Part shown: one piece after another, positions 50,369 to 61,315 of the stretch
Numbering within the stretch: position 1 is the first letter of the stretch
Layout of the letters: each line of letters begins with the position of its first letter
Source of the DNA: Syntrophorhabdaceae bacterium
GTDB taxonomy: Bacteria; Desulfobacterota; Syntrophorhabdia; Syntrophorhabdales; Syntrophorhabdaceae
DNA: 64,000 bases
Assembly: GCA_963665295.1 (NCBI GenBank)
Contig: OY762209.1
Location: 3,328,001-3,392,000 of the forward strand
Reading direction: 5' to 3'
Notes under the pieces: generated by a model
Database searches by the model: none
Told to the model about the DNA's origin: nothing
Seen by the model: the letters and a program-made list of their open reading frames with translations, nothing else
Translations under genes and position numbers: made by a program

Positions 50369-52380
50369 CTACCTTGTCCCCCTTGGGCCCCCGACGCCGG
50401 CGGAGGAAGGTATGCGAGGGCGGCTCCCGGGTTTTGCTGCCAACAGGTAGCCTTTGTAGCCGGTTATCAGGAAGTCGCGCTCGGCCAAGGATTTTGCGAG
50501 ACAGTCGGCATCGCGATGGTCTGCCCGAAAGGCAACTGCGGCGATGCGGCGCCTGTCGATGGCCTCCATGGCCTTCGTCGCAGTCAAGGCGCCCGGCTTA
50601 GCCCCTATATAGTTAAGAAGACCTTCCCGTTCCGCCAGTTCCCGATCCGGGATTGAGCCTTTTAACTTCGAGAGGTATAATCCGCGAACGCCGATCAGGG
50701 GCGGAGCATTGGCGAAGCCGGCCAGATCGACGGCTATGTCTTCGGGCGCAAGGACGAGATGGTTACCTGGAGCCAGTGCCATGAGGCGCTCGGCTACCGC
50801 ATAACCGGGAGACACCTTGAATCTGCCGATATTTGCCCACGACCAATTACCCTGGGACACAGCGGTCGGCCAGGCAAAGGCAAATACCATGACGGCGAGG
50901 CCCACCAGGAATGCCCTCAGCCGGGGCAGCGGGGGCCACCCGCTGACGGCAGCGCCCACCGTCAGGCCGAGTAGCAGAGGGACCGGCCAACTCCAATAGA
51001 TACGCCAGCCGAACACCGGCGCGAGGGCCGAGCCAAACAGCTTCGGCACCACGGGACACAGGAGGACTGTCGATGACAGTAAAACGTAACCGCAAAGCCA
51101 TCTCAACTCCCTGAGTCGCGCCACCTTCGCCAACGCGGGCAGCAAAAGCAGGGCGAGGAGGACAATACTTTTCCGGCGAAATCCGAGAACCACGTCATAG
51201 CCCATGAGAGCAGGGTCGACCCGTTCCGCTCCATGATATTGATGCACCAGATGCAACATGACTATCGCTACCGGAACGAGCGGAAGGCTGGCCGCCAAAC
51301 CCGCTATGGCTGTACGCCAGTAAAGTCGGGAAAACCGCGCCGAGGATAGCAGGACGAAGGCCGAGGCCAGGGTGCGACTACCATTCCGTTGGTTGTGAAA
51401 CCGGTAGCGGCGGACTGGAGGAGCGCCAGCAACACCCAGTTTCTCAATGTCGGCGTGTTGAGGTATTCGAGAGCGGCGCGAACCACAAGGGGAAGAACAA
51501 CTGTCAGATAGATGCATTTGCCTTGGAAGAGCTTGACGAACGCGGTGTTGCCGTAAGTGCGGTGCCCGTCTCCCCACGTGGTGAGGATCAGCGTCAACGC
51601 AGCCAACCCGGCGAGTGCGTAAAGGCGGGGCAGGAAACGGCGCAACAGACTCCAATACGCCAGGATGCCGGTCGGCGCCCACAGTGCGGGCAGAACGACA
51701 TAATAAAGGACCCGCACCGGAACACCGGTAAAAGATGACAAGACCGCCACGAAATACTCATAAGTCTGGGCAAAGTGAAGATGCTGTTCCACAAGGGGCA
51801 GCTCGCTTCTGTACAGGTTGTCGAAGCCGTAGAGCGGCGCCCCCGGGTTGTCGATCGCGGAGGCCGCAAGACTGACAAAAAAGGCGTCATCGGCGTCAGG
51901 ACAGTTTGTCCCCATGGTGAGGAGCATGGCAATTCCCGAGAGACATGCCAGGATGATCAACTCCCGGGTGGTGACTCTTGGGTCCTGCACAGGTTCGGGT
52001 AATATGGCGGCGGGAGAAAATACAAAACATGCGCCGGCCAGATAGGCGACCGAACATATCCAGAAGAACCACTCCGATCCGGTAATCCGGTAGACCCTTG
52101 CTATGACGAAGGACGCGACAAACCAGTACCATTAGGGAACGCGAAGGTTCGCGCTACTTCTTGACTCTCCGGTTCGAGAGACATCGACCTCTGTTTCACC
52201 CTTGCCGGTCCAGTAAATCAGCAAAATCAGCGCCGCAAGCACGGGAAAGGCGGACCCGGCCTTCAGGGTGGCAAAACTTGCACGAAAGATGGCGCAGGAC
52301 TGACAGTACAAGGACCACGCGCCGAACACCGCAATTCCTACGGTCAACCATCTCCCGATCGACCGATAATGCATGTTCAT
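50369..52380 (-). pseudogene. Polytopic membrane protein (GT-C/DUF6077-like), pseudogene
   Basis: Same frame continues across an in-frame TAA at 52132-52134; frameshift near 51370 (VVAP|LASAF); D.DDAFFV and F..LFQGK motifs. Confidence 0.7.
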
Positions 52381-52442
52381 TAGCCCTCTTTCTCCCGAAA
52401 TTTTGCCGCGGCCTGGATGTGGGCGGCAATGTACAGTTTATT

Positions 52443-54121
52443 TAGTCTCCATCCGGAAACCTAACCCCATGAAATATTTGCCCAAATCCCCACATTCCCC
52501 TGGAGTTTCGCCCCTCATCTGAGGTACAATATGGTTGTAACAAGGCAATATCATTACCTAACGCCTTCAGAAAGGATTCCGGAATGCGCCAGAAATTCAA
52601 CCCCCAGACAGGTCTCTTCTCCCCCATGATGCGCCATTCTATTGTAAAGGAGCTTCAGGAGATGTCAAAGGTCATAGACGCCAATCCCCGCCTTCTGGAT
52701 CTGGTCTTCGGGGATATGACCTCCTTCTGTCGCACCGACACGGGAAGAGAGGGGCTCACCGCGGAACAGGTGCTCCGGATCGCCATACTCAAGCAGTACC
52801 GCCAACTGACGTATGAAGAGCTTGCCTTCCACATGGAAGACTCCGACGCACTCCGCAGTTTCGCGAGATTGGAGATGGGACAGTACCCCTCCAAATCGGT
52901 CCTTCAGGAGAACATAAAGGCGATACGGGAAGAAACCTGGGAGGCGATCATTCAGGAAGTAAACCGCTACGCGGTAAAGGAGAAGATAGAATCCGGCCGC
53001 GTGGTAAGAGTAGACTCCACCACGGTGGAGACCAACATCCACCACCCCACCGACTCATCGCTCATCGTGGACGGCATCCGCGTCATTACCCGGTTACTCA
53101 CCGAAGGGAAGGAGCTTGCTCCCGTGCCCCGGTATGCCTACAGTGACCATAGGAGAGTAGCCAAGAAGAAGCTCATGACGATCCTCAATGCAAAGAACGA
53201 CAGAACACGGAAGAGCGCCTACAAGGACCTCCTCCACTATGCGAATCTCGTGAAGGGATATGCCGAAGAGGCGATCACCGAACTCATCCCCTACGAGGGC
53301 GATAATCTCATGGACACCTTCGCTGCCCGCGAGCTTGCCCGGAGACTTGAACGCGCCGTGGGCATACTCGGGAAGGTCATCGACCAGACCGACCGGAGAG
53401 TCTTCAAGAACGAGAAGGTCCCCGCCTCCGAGAAGATCGTCTCTTTCTTCGAGGACCACACGGACATCATCGTGAAGGGGAGGAGGGATACCGAGTACGG
53501 CCATAAGGTGTTCCTTACAGGAGGACGCTCCACCATGATCATCGGGTGTCTCATCGTCCCGGGCAACCCCGCTGATACCGACCAGTATCAATCCCTCCTT
53601 GAGCAGCATAAGGAGTGGTACGGGAAGATGCCTCGCCAAGTGACGGCCGACGGGGGCTTTGCCTCAAAAGAGAACCTCGCCTATGCGAAGGAGAACCATA
53701 TCAAGGATGCCGTCTTCGCCAGAAAGAGGGGGCTCTCCATCCTCGACATGGCAAAGAGCACCTGGGTCTACAAGAAGCTCAGGAACTTCCGGGCGGGCAT
53801 TGAAGCAGGCATCTCCACATTGAAACGGTCCTTCGGCCTTGACCGGGCGACGTGGACAGGATGGGAAGGGTTTGCCCGGTACGTGCTCTCCAGTATCGTC
53901 TCCTACAATCTTCTCGTCATCGCCCGCATCAGGATGGCCTCATGATGAGAGAAGACTATTTTCTCAAGGGGACAAGGGTGAGCTACGCCCTGACTCTGGG
54001 GAAAACGGGCCCGATGGAGTGAAATCCGAAAAGGGATGACGGAATCACCGGACGGCTGAGCGCCCACCCTGGCAATAGACCGGGGGCTTGCTCGAAAATG
54101 GGGGTTTCCGGATGGAGACTA
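52443..54121 (+). mobile_element. IS element copy 2, apparently identical to 41413-43091
   Basis: Same IRs and same 453-aa transposase; flanking duplication TATTTA. Confidence 0.93.
52584..53945 (+). CDS. DDE transposase (ISNCY/IS5-like)
   Basis: Identical translation to 41554..42915. Confidence 0.92.
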   Translation: MRQKFNPQTGLFSPMMRHSIVKELQEMSKVIDANPRLLDLVFGDMTSFCRTDTGREGLTAEQVLRIAILKQYRQLTYEELAFHMEDSDALRSFARLEMGQYPSKSVLQENIKAIREETWEAIIQEVNRYAVKEKIESGRVVRVDSTTVETNIHHPTDSSLIVDGIRVITRLLTEGKELAPVPRYAYSDHRRVAKKKLMTILNAKNDRTRKSAYKDLLHYANLVKGYAEEAITELIPYEGDNLMDTFAARELARRLERAVGILGKVIDQTDRRVFKNEKVPASEKIVSFFEDHTDIIVKGRRDTEYGHKVFLTGGRSTMIIGCLIVPGNPADTDQYQSLLEQHKEWYGKMPRQVTADGGFASKENLAYAKENHIKDAVFARKRGLSILDMAKSTWVYKKLRNFRAGIEAGISTLKRSFGLDRATWTGWEGFARYVLSSIVSYNLLVIARIRMAS

Positions 54122-54405
54122 TTTAATATGCTCACCCGAGTTTGTCTACAATTAATTGATCGTGCGGCAAGGAAGGGGAGTCCATAGGTTTTCGTTTTGC
54201 ACCTTGTGCCATGCCTTTCGTGTTCCACGGACAAGTGTCTTGGATTGTACCTCTCAAATATGCAGAATTCTTATTTAACATGTGTTAAAAATATAAGGGA
54301 ACGGCAAAAAATGGCGAAAAATGAAAATAATGATGCAATTTGTTTTTGATATAATGTCTATTCGCCACGTCGAGGGTCGTTTTAGGCAATAGTTCCAATT
54401 AAGCC

Positions 54406-56805
54406 ATGGACAAACAACATATAAGATCGCTTTTCAATACAATCGTACAAAGGAGCAGGGAGTTTGCTGCCGTATTTGTTGCCTGGCGTAAGCGCAGGGT
54501 CGCTCGCTTTCGCGGACTATCGGGCCGCCAAAAAGCGGGAGATGTAATTTTGACCTTTATCGGTATCGTGATGTTGTATGTGGTTGCAGTTGATGTTAAT
54601 TTTCTTTGGCTCTTTGGAAAATCACCTGCCTTGCGAGGCATCTTTAACCCGCCTCAGTCGGTTGCGTCCGAAATCATCAGTACCGACGGACAGGTTATAG
54701 GCAAATATTCCGATGAGAACAGGAAATTGGTTCAGTATAGAGATATCTCTCCCGAGTTAATCAACACATTGATAAGCACTGAAGATCAACGCTTCTACAA
54801 ACATTTCGGCATCGATTTCCAAGGACTCTTCGCGGCGTTTTTCGACACGCTTCACGGCAATGCCCGCGGCGCGAGCACCATCACTCAGCAGTTGGTCAAG
54901 AATATGTACAAAACCCGAAGTCAGTATTCTACCGGGCTTCTCGGCGGGTTACCGGGCCTCCGGTTGCTTATCGAAAAGACAAAGGAGTGGACCGCAGCTT
55001 GCAAGATAGAATTGTTTTATTCCAAAGAAGAGATTCTCACAATGTATCTCAATACTGTAAGCTTCAGCAGCAATGCATATGGAATTCACACTGCGGCGAA
55101 GACGTATTTTGGAACTACCCCGGACAAACTCAATTACGAACAGTCGGCGGTGCTTGTTGGATTGCTGAAGGCGACCACTACCTACAATCCCTACCTTAAC
55201 CCTGAACGCTCGAAAGAACGACGCAATGTGGTGTTACAACAGTTGGCGGAGAATAAGTTCATCACCCGTGAAATGTCTGATTATTTGCAGGCCCGTCCCC
55301 TGTCGATCAATTATGGTGTTGAAAAACAAAGCACAGGCATTGCCCCGTATTTTCGTGATCATCTTGGGCGTTTTCTTGAGAAATGGGGCAAGGCCAAGGG
55401 CTATGATATTTATGCCGATGGTCTGAAGATATATGTTACCATCGATTCCCGCATGCAGAAATATGCCGAGGAAGCCGTTCGAAAACAAATGGCACAAATT
55501 CAATCTCTCTTTCCTCCATCCTGGTCGGACCAGAATTCCCGGCGCTACGGAAACACAAATCAATCGCAAAAAGCCATCGATGAGTTCGTTAAAAGAAACA
55601 AGATATATAAGGAACTTCAGGCCAAATATAACAATAACCGTGATTCCATCGCCAAACAATTGACTCGAAAACGAAAAGTCAGGGTCTTTGATTACAATGA
55701 AAAAGGTTATAAGGAACTTGAAATGAGTCCGTTGGATTACATCCAATATATGAACCATTTCCTGCATTGCGGTTTTGTTGTCATGGAACCCGACACAAAA
55801 TACGTGAAAGCGTGGGTGGGCGATGTGAGTTACGATTACTGGCAGTACGACAAAGTGGCTCAGAGCAAACGCCAACCGGGCTCAACGTTCAAATTATTCG
55901 TGTATGCGGCGGCCATGATCGCCGGTAAGTCGCCTTGTGATAAGTTTATCGATAAACCGGTAATTTACAAATATGACGGCGGAACATGGAAGCCCAAGAA
56001 TGCAAACGGAACATACAGTGGATATCCCATAACGTATAGAGCCGCCTTTGCCCGATCTGTGAATACGATTGCAGCCCAGGTGGCACAGGAAGTCGGTGTT
56101 TCCAATGTGGCGAAATGCGCGCGCATGATGGGCGTCCGTTCCAAGTTGGTGGAAGTGCCGTCGCTGTGCCTGGGATCATCCCCTGTTTCGCTGCTTGAGT
56201 TGGTTAATGCCTATAGTACCATCGCGGCGGAGGGCATGTACCATTCTCCTGTCATTGTGACCCGGATTGAGGACAGTACCGGCAAAAGGATCTATGAGGC
56301 CGATACCAAACAAGAACGGGTAATTTCCTATGAAAATTCCTTCTTAATGACTGAGCTTCTGAAAGGTGCGGTCACGGAACCCGGTGGAACTTCCCGTGCT
56401 TTGTGGAATTGGGATTTGTTGCGTTGGAATACCGATTTTGGGGGGAAGACGGGGACATCATCAAACTATTCAGACGCATGGTACGTGGGGGTTACGCCAA
56501 AGTTAGCCGGAGGCGCCTGGGTCGGTGCCGACAGGCGTAGCGCCAGATTTAGTTCAAGCGGGCTGGGACAGGGAAGTCGTGCGGCGTTGCCCGTATTCGC
56601 AATGTTTATGGAAAAAGTGCTGGCTGATGAAAACTTCGCCCATTATCGTGCCAAGTTTCCTGCTGAACCAAAGGAGCCTATCGCCCGGATGTATAAATGT
56701 CCGTCCTATTCTGCCCCGGACACGGACGAAACAGAATCTACCACGGAAGAGAACACGCTGGAAGAATCCCCGACTCCAGATGTCGAAATGGAACAACAAG
56801 AGTGA
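54406..56805 (+). CDS. Class A penicillin-binding protein (PBP1A; transglycosylase + transpeptidase)
   Basis: EDQRFY.H.GID, GASTITQQL, YLN, RQPGSTFK (SxxK), SVN, KTGT. Confidence 0.93.
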   Translation: MDKQHIRSLFNTIVQRSREFAAVFVAWRKRRVARFRGLSGRQKAGDVILTFIGIVMLYVVAVDVNFLWLFGKSPALRGIFNPPQSVASEIISTDGQVIGKYSDENRKLVQYRDISPELINTLISTEDQRFYKHFGIDFQGLFAAFFDTLHGNARGASTITQQLVKNMYKTRSQYSTGLLGGLPGLRLLIEKTKEWTAACKIELFYSKEEILTMYLNTVSFSSNAYGIHTAAKTYFGTTPDKLNYEQSAVLVGLLKATTTYNPYLNPERSKERRNVVLQQLAENKFITREMSDYLQARPLSINYGVEKQSTGIAPYFRDHLGRFLEKWGKAKGYDIYADGLKIYVTIDSRMQKYAEEAVRKQMAQIQSLFPPSWSDQNSRRYGNTNQSQKAIDEFVKRNKIYKELQAKYNNNRDSIAKQLTRKRKVRVFDYNEKGYKELEMSPLDYIQYMNHFLHCGFVVMEPDTKYVKAWVGDVSYDYWQYDKVAQSKRQPGSTFKLFVYAAAMIAGKSPCDKFIDKPVIYKYDGGTWKPKNANGTYSGYPITYRAAFARSVNTIAAQVAQEVGVSNVAKCARMMGVRSKLVEVPSLCLGSSPVSLLELVNAYSTIAAEGMYHSPVIVTRIEDSTGKRIYEADTKQERVISYENSFLMTELLKGAVTEPGGTSRALWNWDLLRWNTDFGGKTGTSSNYSDAWYVGVTPKLAGGAWVGADRRSARFSSSGLGQGSRAALPVFAMFMEKVLADENFAHYRAKFPAEPKEPIARMYKCPSYSAPDTDETESTTEENTLEESPTPDVEMEQQE

Positions 56806-56989
56806 ATCACATTCCCCGCTTTATCGGAGCAGCACAAGAACATTTCAAGGAAAACTGAGATAAAGGCCCATCCGCCTGGCTGCAGGCGCGGTGATCTGTA
56901 ATACCCTCAACGCAATCCCAATGATCGCGGCCGGGCAGGGAGGGGTTTCACCGCCGGGGAACATCCGGGGGACCGCTCCATCTTTTTGG

Positions 56990-58264
56990 TTAAGCCTGCT
57001 GTCCCTTCCCCTTGATGCGTGTAAGCGCATCGACAACTGCCGCGGCGAACTCGCGGGAATTTATATCCGTATCGACCTCGAGCACTTCTATATCGGGATC
57101 CAGATTCTCTTTCAACGCAAGAACAAACGCTTCATCGGACTGTGGATCATAAAGCGCACCGTCCGCAACGCTGAGTGAAGAAAACCCCTTTTTGGGGATC
57201 ACGAACTTGACCATTTCCTTGTAGGTATGCCTGTTTAGTCTTTCCGCCACGGCGAGTCCTATCTGTTGCATCTCCTCGGCGGTCGTCCGTGCTTGAACCC
57301 TGACTGCATCTTGCATGAAAATCTTTCTTTCCGAGAGCCTTCTCGATACCCAGAGTTCATCTTTTTCCGCCTTTCTCTGGATAGGGCCGCAACTGATCAT
57401 ATCGAAACCACAGGGAGAGAGGATATAGGGAATTGGAAGATCCATTGCGACATCGAGACGGTTTGGTCCTGAAGCCCTGTTTCCCCCGAGGAGATATTCA
57501 CTGAACCCTGCGGGGGCAAGATCGATAAACCCGTCGAAAAATCCCTGATCTACAAAATCGATAGCTGCCCTGTCCCCTAACCCTTGCGAATGGAAGGACA
57601 CAAGTTCATAATCCTTTTCGAGAATCTCCCGCACGTACTGTGCGCCCGTGTCGCAAAAGGCAAATTCTGTCATGGCAAAGGACGGCCTCGTCTCCTCCGG
57701 GTAATTTCTGCCCGTCTCCACCATCCCCACTATGGCGTTGGCGCCATTAAGTGCAAGTGCGCTCACCAGCCTGTTCGTACCTACCGTATCGACCACTGTA
57801 TTCATTACCGTGATATCTCTGAGCCAGACGTGTTCGGCCAGCCAGGATGCGTACGCCGGCATGGCAACTACGCTTGATACCATGAGTTTGGGCACTCCGA
57901 AGGGCAAAGCATTCATTGCCGTCAACGACAGAAACGTGCCGGTCATTCCCGCTATGGCAATTACCCCTTCCAACTCGCCACACCCGCAGAGGCCTAACAG
58001 TTTTCTCTTCAAGCCCTCTGCCATGAGCGCTGCCGCCTTATTTCTTTCGGTGATAAGCATTCCTTCCGCTTCTTCGACAGAGCCTCCCGCCAGCCGCAGA
58101 ATTTCCTCACGGCACACATCTCCCCTGAGCGAAGAGGCAATTCCTCCAACTCCCATGCTGATATCTATCAGGATGGTTCGATGCCCCTTGCTCTCTATCT
58201 GGTCTTTGATGATCTTGAGAGCGCCTTCCCTTTCATCCAACATTCCAATTATAACAACCGCCAT
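56990..58264 (-). CDS. Tm-1-like ATP-binding domain protein (UPF0261)
   Basis: G.LD.R, LPFGVPKLMVS, VVDT.G.N, FH..GLG.RA, P..GFS, INS.EFA. Confidence 0.85.
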   Translation of the reverse strand: MAVVIIGMLDEREGALKIIKDQIESKGHRTILIDISMGVGGIASSLRGDVCREEILRLAGGSVEEAEGMLITERNKAAALMAEGLKRKLLGLCGCGELEGVIAIAGMTGTFLSLTAMNALPFGVPKLMVSSVVAMPAYASWLAEHVWLRDITVMNTVVDTVGTNRLVSALALNGANAIVGMVETGRNYPEETRPSFAMTEFAFCDTGAQYVREILEKDYELVSFHSQGLGDRAAIDFVDQGFFDGFIDLAPAGFSEYLLGGNRASGPNRLDVAMDLPIPYILSPCGFDMISCGPIQRKAEKDELWVSRRLSERKIFMQDAVRVQARTTAEEMQQIGLAVAERLNRHTYKEMVKFVIPKKGFSSLSVADGALYDPQSDEAFVLALKENLDPDIEVLEVDTDINSREFAAAVVDALTRIKGKGQQA

Positions 58265-58525
58265 CTATGATCCTCCTCACGCTTCGGAGTCCGTCGTCCT
58301 TCGGAATACCTCTTCACCGATTCCATGCTTATTTTCGCACCCCTCGACAAAAACTTCAAGCGGTGCTTCAGTATATCGCGGTGCATGCGAACATTCCAAC
58401 CGGCAGGTTCTCTCGAAAGTTTTGAAATGCTTTAAGAAAGTGTCGCGGAACCGGCCTGTTATCGGGTGAGAAGCCGACGCAACCATGGGGAGGCAACTAG
58501 AACTCATTCCGTGGACATGGCCTGT

Positions 58526-59467
58526 TCAGAGGCCGGTTCTTTTTTCCCTCATTTCTTCCACGAACTGACCCAGATTTTCCGCATTGCCGATGAGCTGAAG
58601 AAAATGAAGGAACCTCGACGTTGTGGGCGAAAGGGTTCTTCCTTTCAGATGAATGACATCGATGTCGAAGAAGAAGGGGCCTTCCTTGAGGGCTATAACA
58701 GCGAGTTCGCCGCGCTCCACCTCTTTTCTCACACATATCCTGGCCAGGAAAGAAACGCCTTTGTCGTTCGCCACGAGGTCTTTGATGAATTCCGTATTCC
58801 CCGCTTCTATGACCGCAGAAGGCTTAATATTTCTCTTTTCGAATTCCTTCCATATGGCCTGTCTCGTGGCGGACCTCATATCCCTTGAGATCATGGGGAT
58901 TCCGGTCAGTTCTTTGAGGGAGCTCGCGGCTTTCAACGCGAGCTTGCTGTGCGGCGAGGCAACAAGGAGTATTTCTTCCCTGCTCAGAGGGATACTCTCG
59001 ATTGCGTCCGGGTACGCCACTCCCGCAACGATCGCCACTTCATAATCCCGGGCCAGAACGCCCCTGACGAGTTCACCGGAACTGGCCTGGTCAAGGTGCA
59101 CCTGTATTGTCGGGTGCCTGTCCCTGAATGCGGAAATTATAATGGGCATCAGGTACTGAGCAAGGGCATTGGTCGTTCCCACCCGCAGGACTCCGCTCCG
59201 GAGGTCCTTCACTGCATTTATCGCGTTCTCCGCCTCATCGACGAGACGAAAGATCTTATCGGCATATTCGTAAAGCAACCTGCCCGTTTCCGTCACGGTC
59301 AGATTCTTCCCTACCTTATCCAGAAGCTTGAGCCCCAGCGAGCGCTCAAAGGAATGAACCTGGAAAAAAACGGCCGGCTCCGTGACAAAAAGGTCGCCCG
59401 CGGCCTTAGAAAAAGTCCCTTCTTTGGCGACTGAATAAAACGCCCGCAACTGGTTCAGATTGATCAT
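58526..59467 (-). CDS. LysR family transcriptional regulator
   Basis: LNQLRAF..VA..GTFSKAA..LFVTEPAV HTH; substrate-binding domain. Confidence 0.95.
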   Translation of the reverse strand: MINLNQLRAFYSVAKEGTFSKAAGDLFVTEPAVFFQVHSFERSLGLKLLDKVGKNLTVTETGRLLYEYADKIFRLVDEAENAINAVKDLRSGVLRVGTTNALAQYLMPIIISAFRDRHPTIQVHLDQASSGELVRGVLARDYEVAIVAGVAYPDAIESIPLSREEILLVASPHSKLALKAASSLKELTGIPMISRDMRSATRQAIWKEFEKRNIKPSAVIEAGNTEFIKDLVANDKGVSFLARICVRKEVERGELAVIALKEGPFFFDIDVIHLKGRTLSPTTSRFLHFLQLIGNAENLGQFVEEMREKRTGL

Positions 59468-59528
59468 CTAATGTCCCCCAGAACTTGCATTTTACAATAA
59501 TTTTAATACAACTATAAATTTAATTGCA

Positions 59529-59557
59529 TTGACCTGTCAAGAATGACCAGCCATAAT
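59529..59557 (+). promoter_or_regulatory. sigma70 promoter of the oxidoreductase operon
   Basis: TTGACC, 17 nt, CATAAT in the AT-rich LysR-divergent intergenic region. Confidence 0.55.
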
Positions 59558-59653
59558 TGGAATATTAATTGTATACAGTCCCGCAAGATAGCGGAGGGAC
59601 TTAGGGACGGTTTTTGAAACCTTATGAGAGAACTAAAACAGTAAGGAGGCGCT

Positions 59654-61294
59654 ATGAGGGAACTGGAGTTTGATGGTATCATCATTGGAGCCGGTCCAAA
59701 CGGACTCACCACTGCAGGGTACCTTGCCAAGGCCGGGCTCAAGGTGGCAATCCTGGAGCGAAGGTATGAGATTGGCGGTGGATTGGCTACCGAGAACCTT
59801 CTTCTTCCCGGCATGCTCGTCGATAGTCACGCCATTTACCACATGATGGTGGAGTATGCCCCCCCGCTGAGGGACTTCGAACTGGAGAAGAGATACGATC
59901 TTGAATGGATCTATCCCGACGTCCAGGTGGTCATGCCCTTCCAGGACGGGACGTATCTCGCGCTGTACAAGGACCCCGAGAAGTCCGCGGAATCAATTGC
60001 GAAATTCTCGGAGAAGGATGCAGAATCGTTCAGAAATTTTGTCAAGTGGTCCGACGAAGCCATGGACGTGTTCCTGGCGCCGGCGAGTTACGTTAATCCC
60101 TTGCCGAGTCTGGAACAGGCTGCAAAGCTTGAACGCCATCCGGCCACTAAGTGGGACGACGAGCTGACCGGATATACCCCGAAACAGATTATCGATGCGT
60201 GGTTCGAAAACGATAGAGTACGGACGCTGTTCCTCTATCTCGCCACTATGTGGGGGCTCGATTACGACCTTGAAGGCCTGGGATATCTTGTGCCCCTCAT
60301 GATAAACCGGGGATGGCATTTTCGACTGTCCCGCGGCGGGTCCCACCATGTGGCCCATCTTCTGGGTAAATACATCTCAGAGAATGGGAGCAGAGTGATC
60401 AGCGGCTGCGTGATCAAACGGATCATCATCGAGAACGGAGAAGCAAAAGGTGTGGAGTTGGACGATGGGACGATCATCAAGGCCCGGGATTTTGTCTGCA
60501 GCGCCCTTAATCCTCATCAGACGTTTTATGACTACGTAGGCAAGCAGTACCTCGAGGAGGAGCTGATTACGAGACTCGACCAGTGGCGGTACTCGGACAT
60601 GAGCTTTTTCACGTGCCACATGGCGCTCACGGAAATGCCCCAATTCACCGCCATCAAAGATGACCCCGTACTTTCCAAATCTCTCATCTACGTGATCGGC
60701 TATGAGTGCGAGCAGGATTTGGTAGACCATTTCGAGGCCTCAAAGAGAGGGGAACTGCATGACGGGGGATTCAACTGTTGCTTTCCCTCGATCCACGATC
60801 CCATACGCGTCCACCGTCGACCGGACAGCGCCGTGAAACATATCGGCCTGATCACCATGGAATGCGCACCCTATAAGCTCAAGGATGGAGGGGCGCTCGC
60901 ATGGAATCAGATGAGGAGGCCCTATGCGGAACGGTGTAAGAAGATCCTGGAAAAATATGCACCGAATATGAATTCAAAGACCATCGTGTGGGATTATATA
61001 GGGACGCCCCTTGACACGGAGAACAAGTTCCCCGACATGAAGAACGGTTGTTTCAAACAGGGTGCATATCTTCCGTTGCAGATGGGCTACTTCCGGCCGA
61101 ACGAGTACTGCAGCCAACACGACTCTCCGATCAAAAAGCTTTATCTGGCTGGTGCGTGCACCCATTCCGGGGGAATGATAACCTACGGCCCCGGTTTCAA
61201 TGCCGCAGAGAAGATCGCGGAAGATCTGGGTATCGAGAAATGGTGGCCTGAGCCACGCGGGGTAAAAGAAGCCAAGGACCTTGGGCTCTTTTAG
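59654..61294 (+). CDS. Phytoene dehydrogenase/CrtO-like FAD-dependent oxidoreductase
   Basis: IIGAGPNGL..A..LA.AG..V..LER...GG; TPLD.E; LYLAGA.TH.GG. Confidence 0.85.
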   Translation: MRELEFDGIIIGAGPNGLTTAGYLAKAGLKVAILERRYEIGGGLATENLLLPGMLVDSHAIYHMMVEYAPPLRDFELEKRYDLEWIYPDVQVVMPFQDGTYLALYKDPEKSAESIAKFSEKDAESFRNFVKWSDEAMDVFLAPASYVNPLPSLEQAAKLERHPATKWDDELTGYTPKQIIDAWFENDRVRTLFLYLATMWGLDYDLEGLGYLVPLMINRGWHFRLSRGGSHHVAHLLGKYISENGSRVISGCVIKRIIIENGEAKGVELDDGTIIKARDFVCSALNPHQTFYDYVGKQYLEEELITRLDQWRYSDMSFFTCHMALTEMPQFTAIKDDPVLSKSLIYVIGYECEQDLVDHFEASKRGELHDGGFNCCFPSIHDPIRVHRRPDSAVKHIGLITMECAPYKLKDGGALAWNQMRRPYAERCKKILEKYAPNMNSKTIVWDYIGTPLDTENKFPDMKNGCFKQGAYLPLQMGYFRPNEYCSQHDSPIKKLYLAGACTHSGGMITYGPGFNAAEKIAEDLGIEKWWPEPRGVKEAKDLGLF

Positions 61295-61315
61295 CACCCG
61301 GAACAGGAGGCGACA

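Noticed and set aside
52132..52134. Recoding (Sec/Pyl) at the in-frame stop
   Set aside because: The codon is TAA, and the gene also carries a frameshift.
41413..54121. Composite transposon formed by the two IS copies
   Set aside because: Each copy has its own distinct target duplication (TAGAATA versus TATTTA), which indicates independent insertions.
58277..58507. 76-aa ORF between LysR and the Tm-1-like gene
   Set aside because: Position is plausible, but there is no clear start/RBS or recognisable motif; left uncalled.
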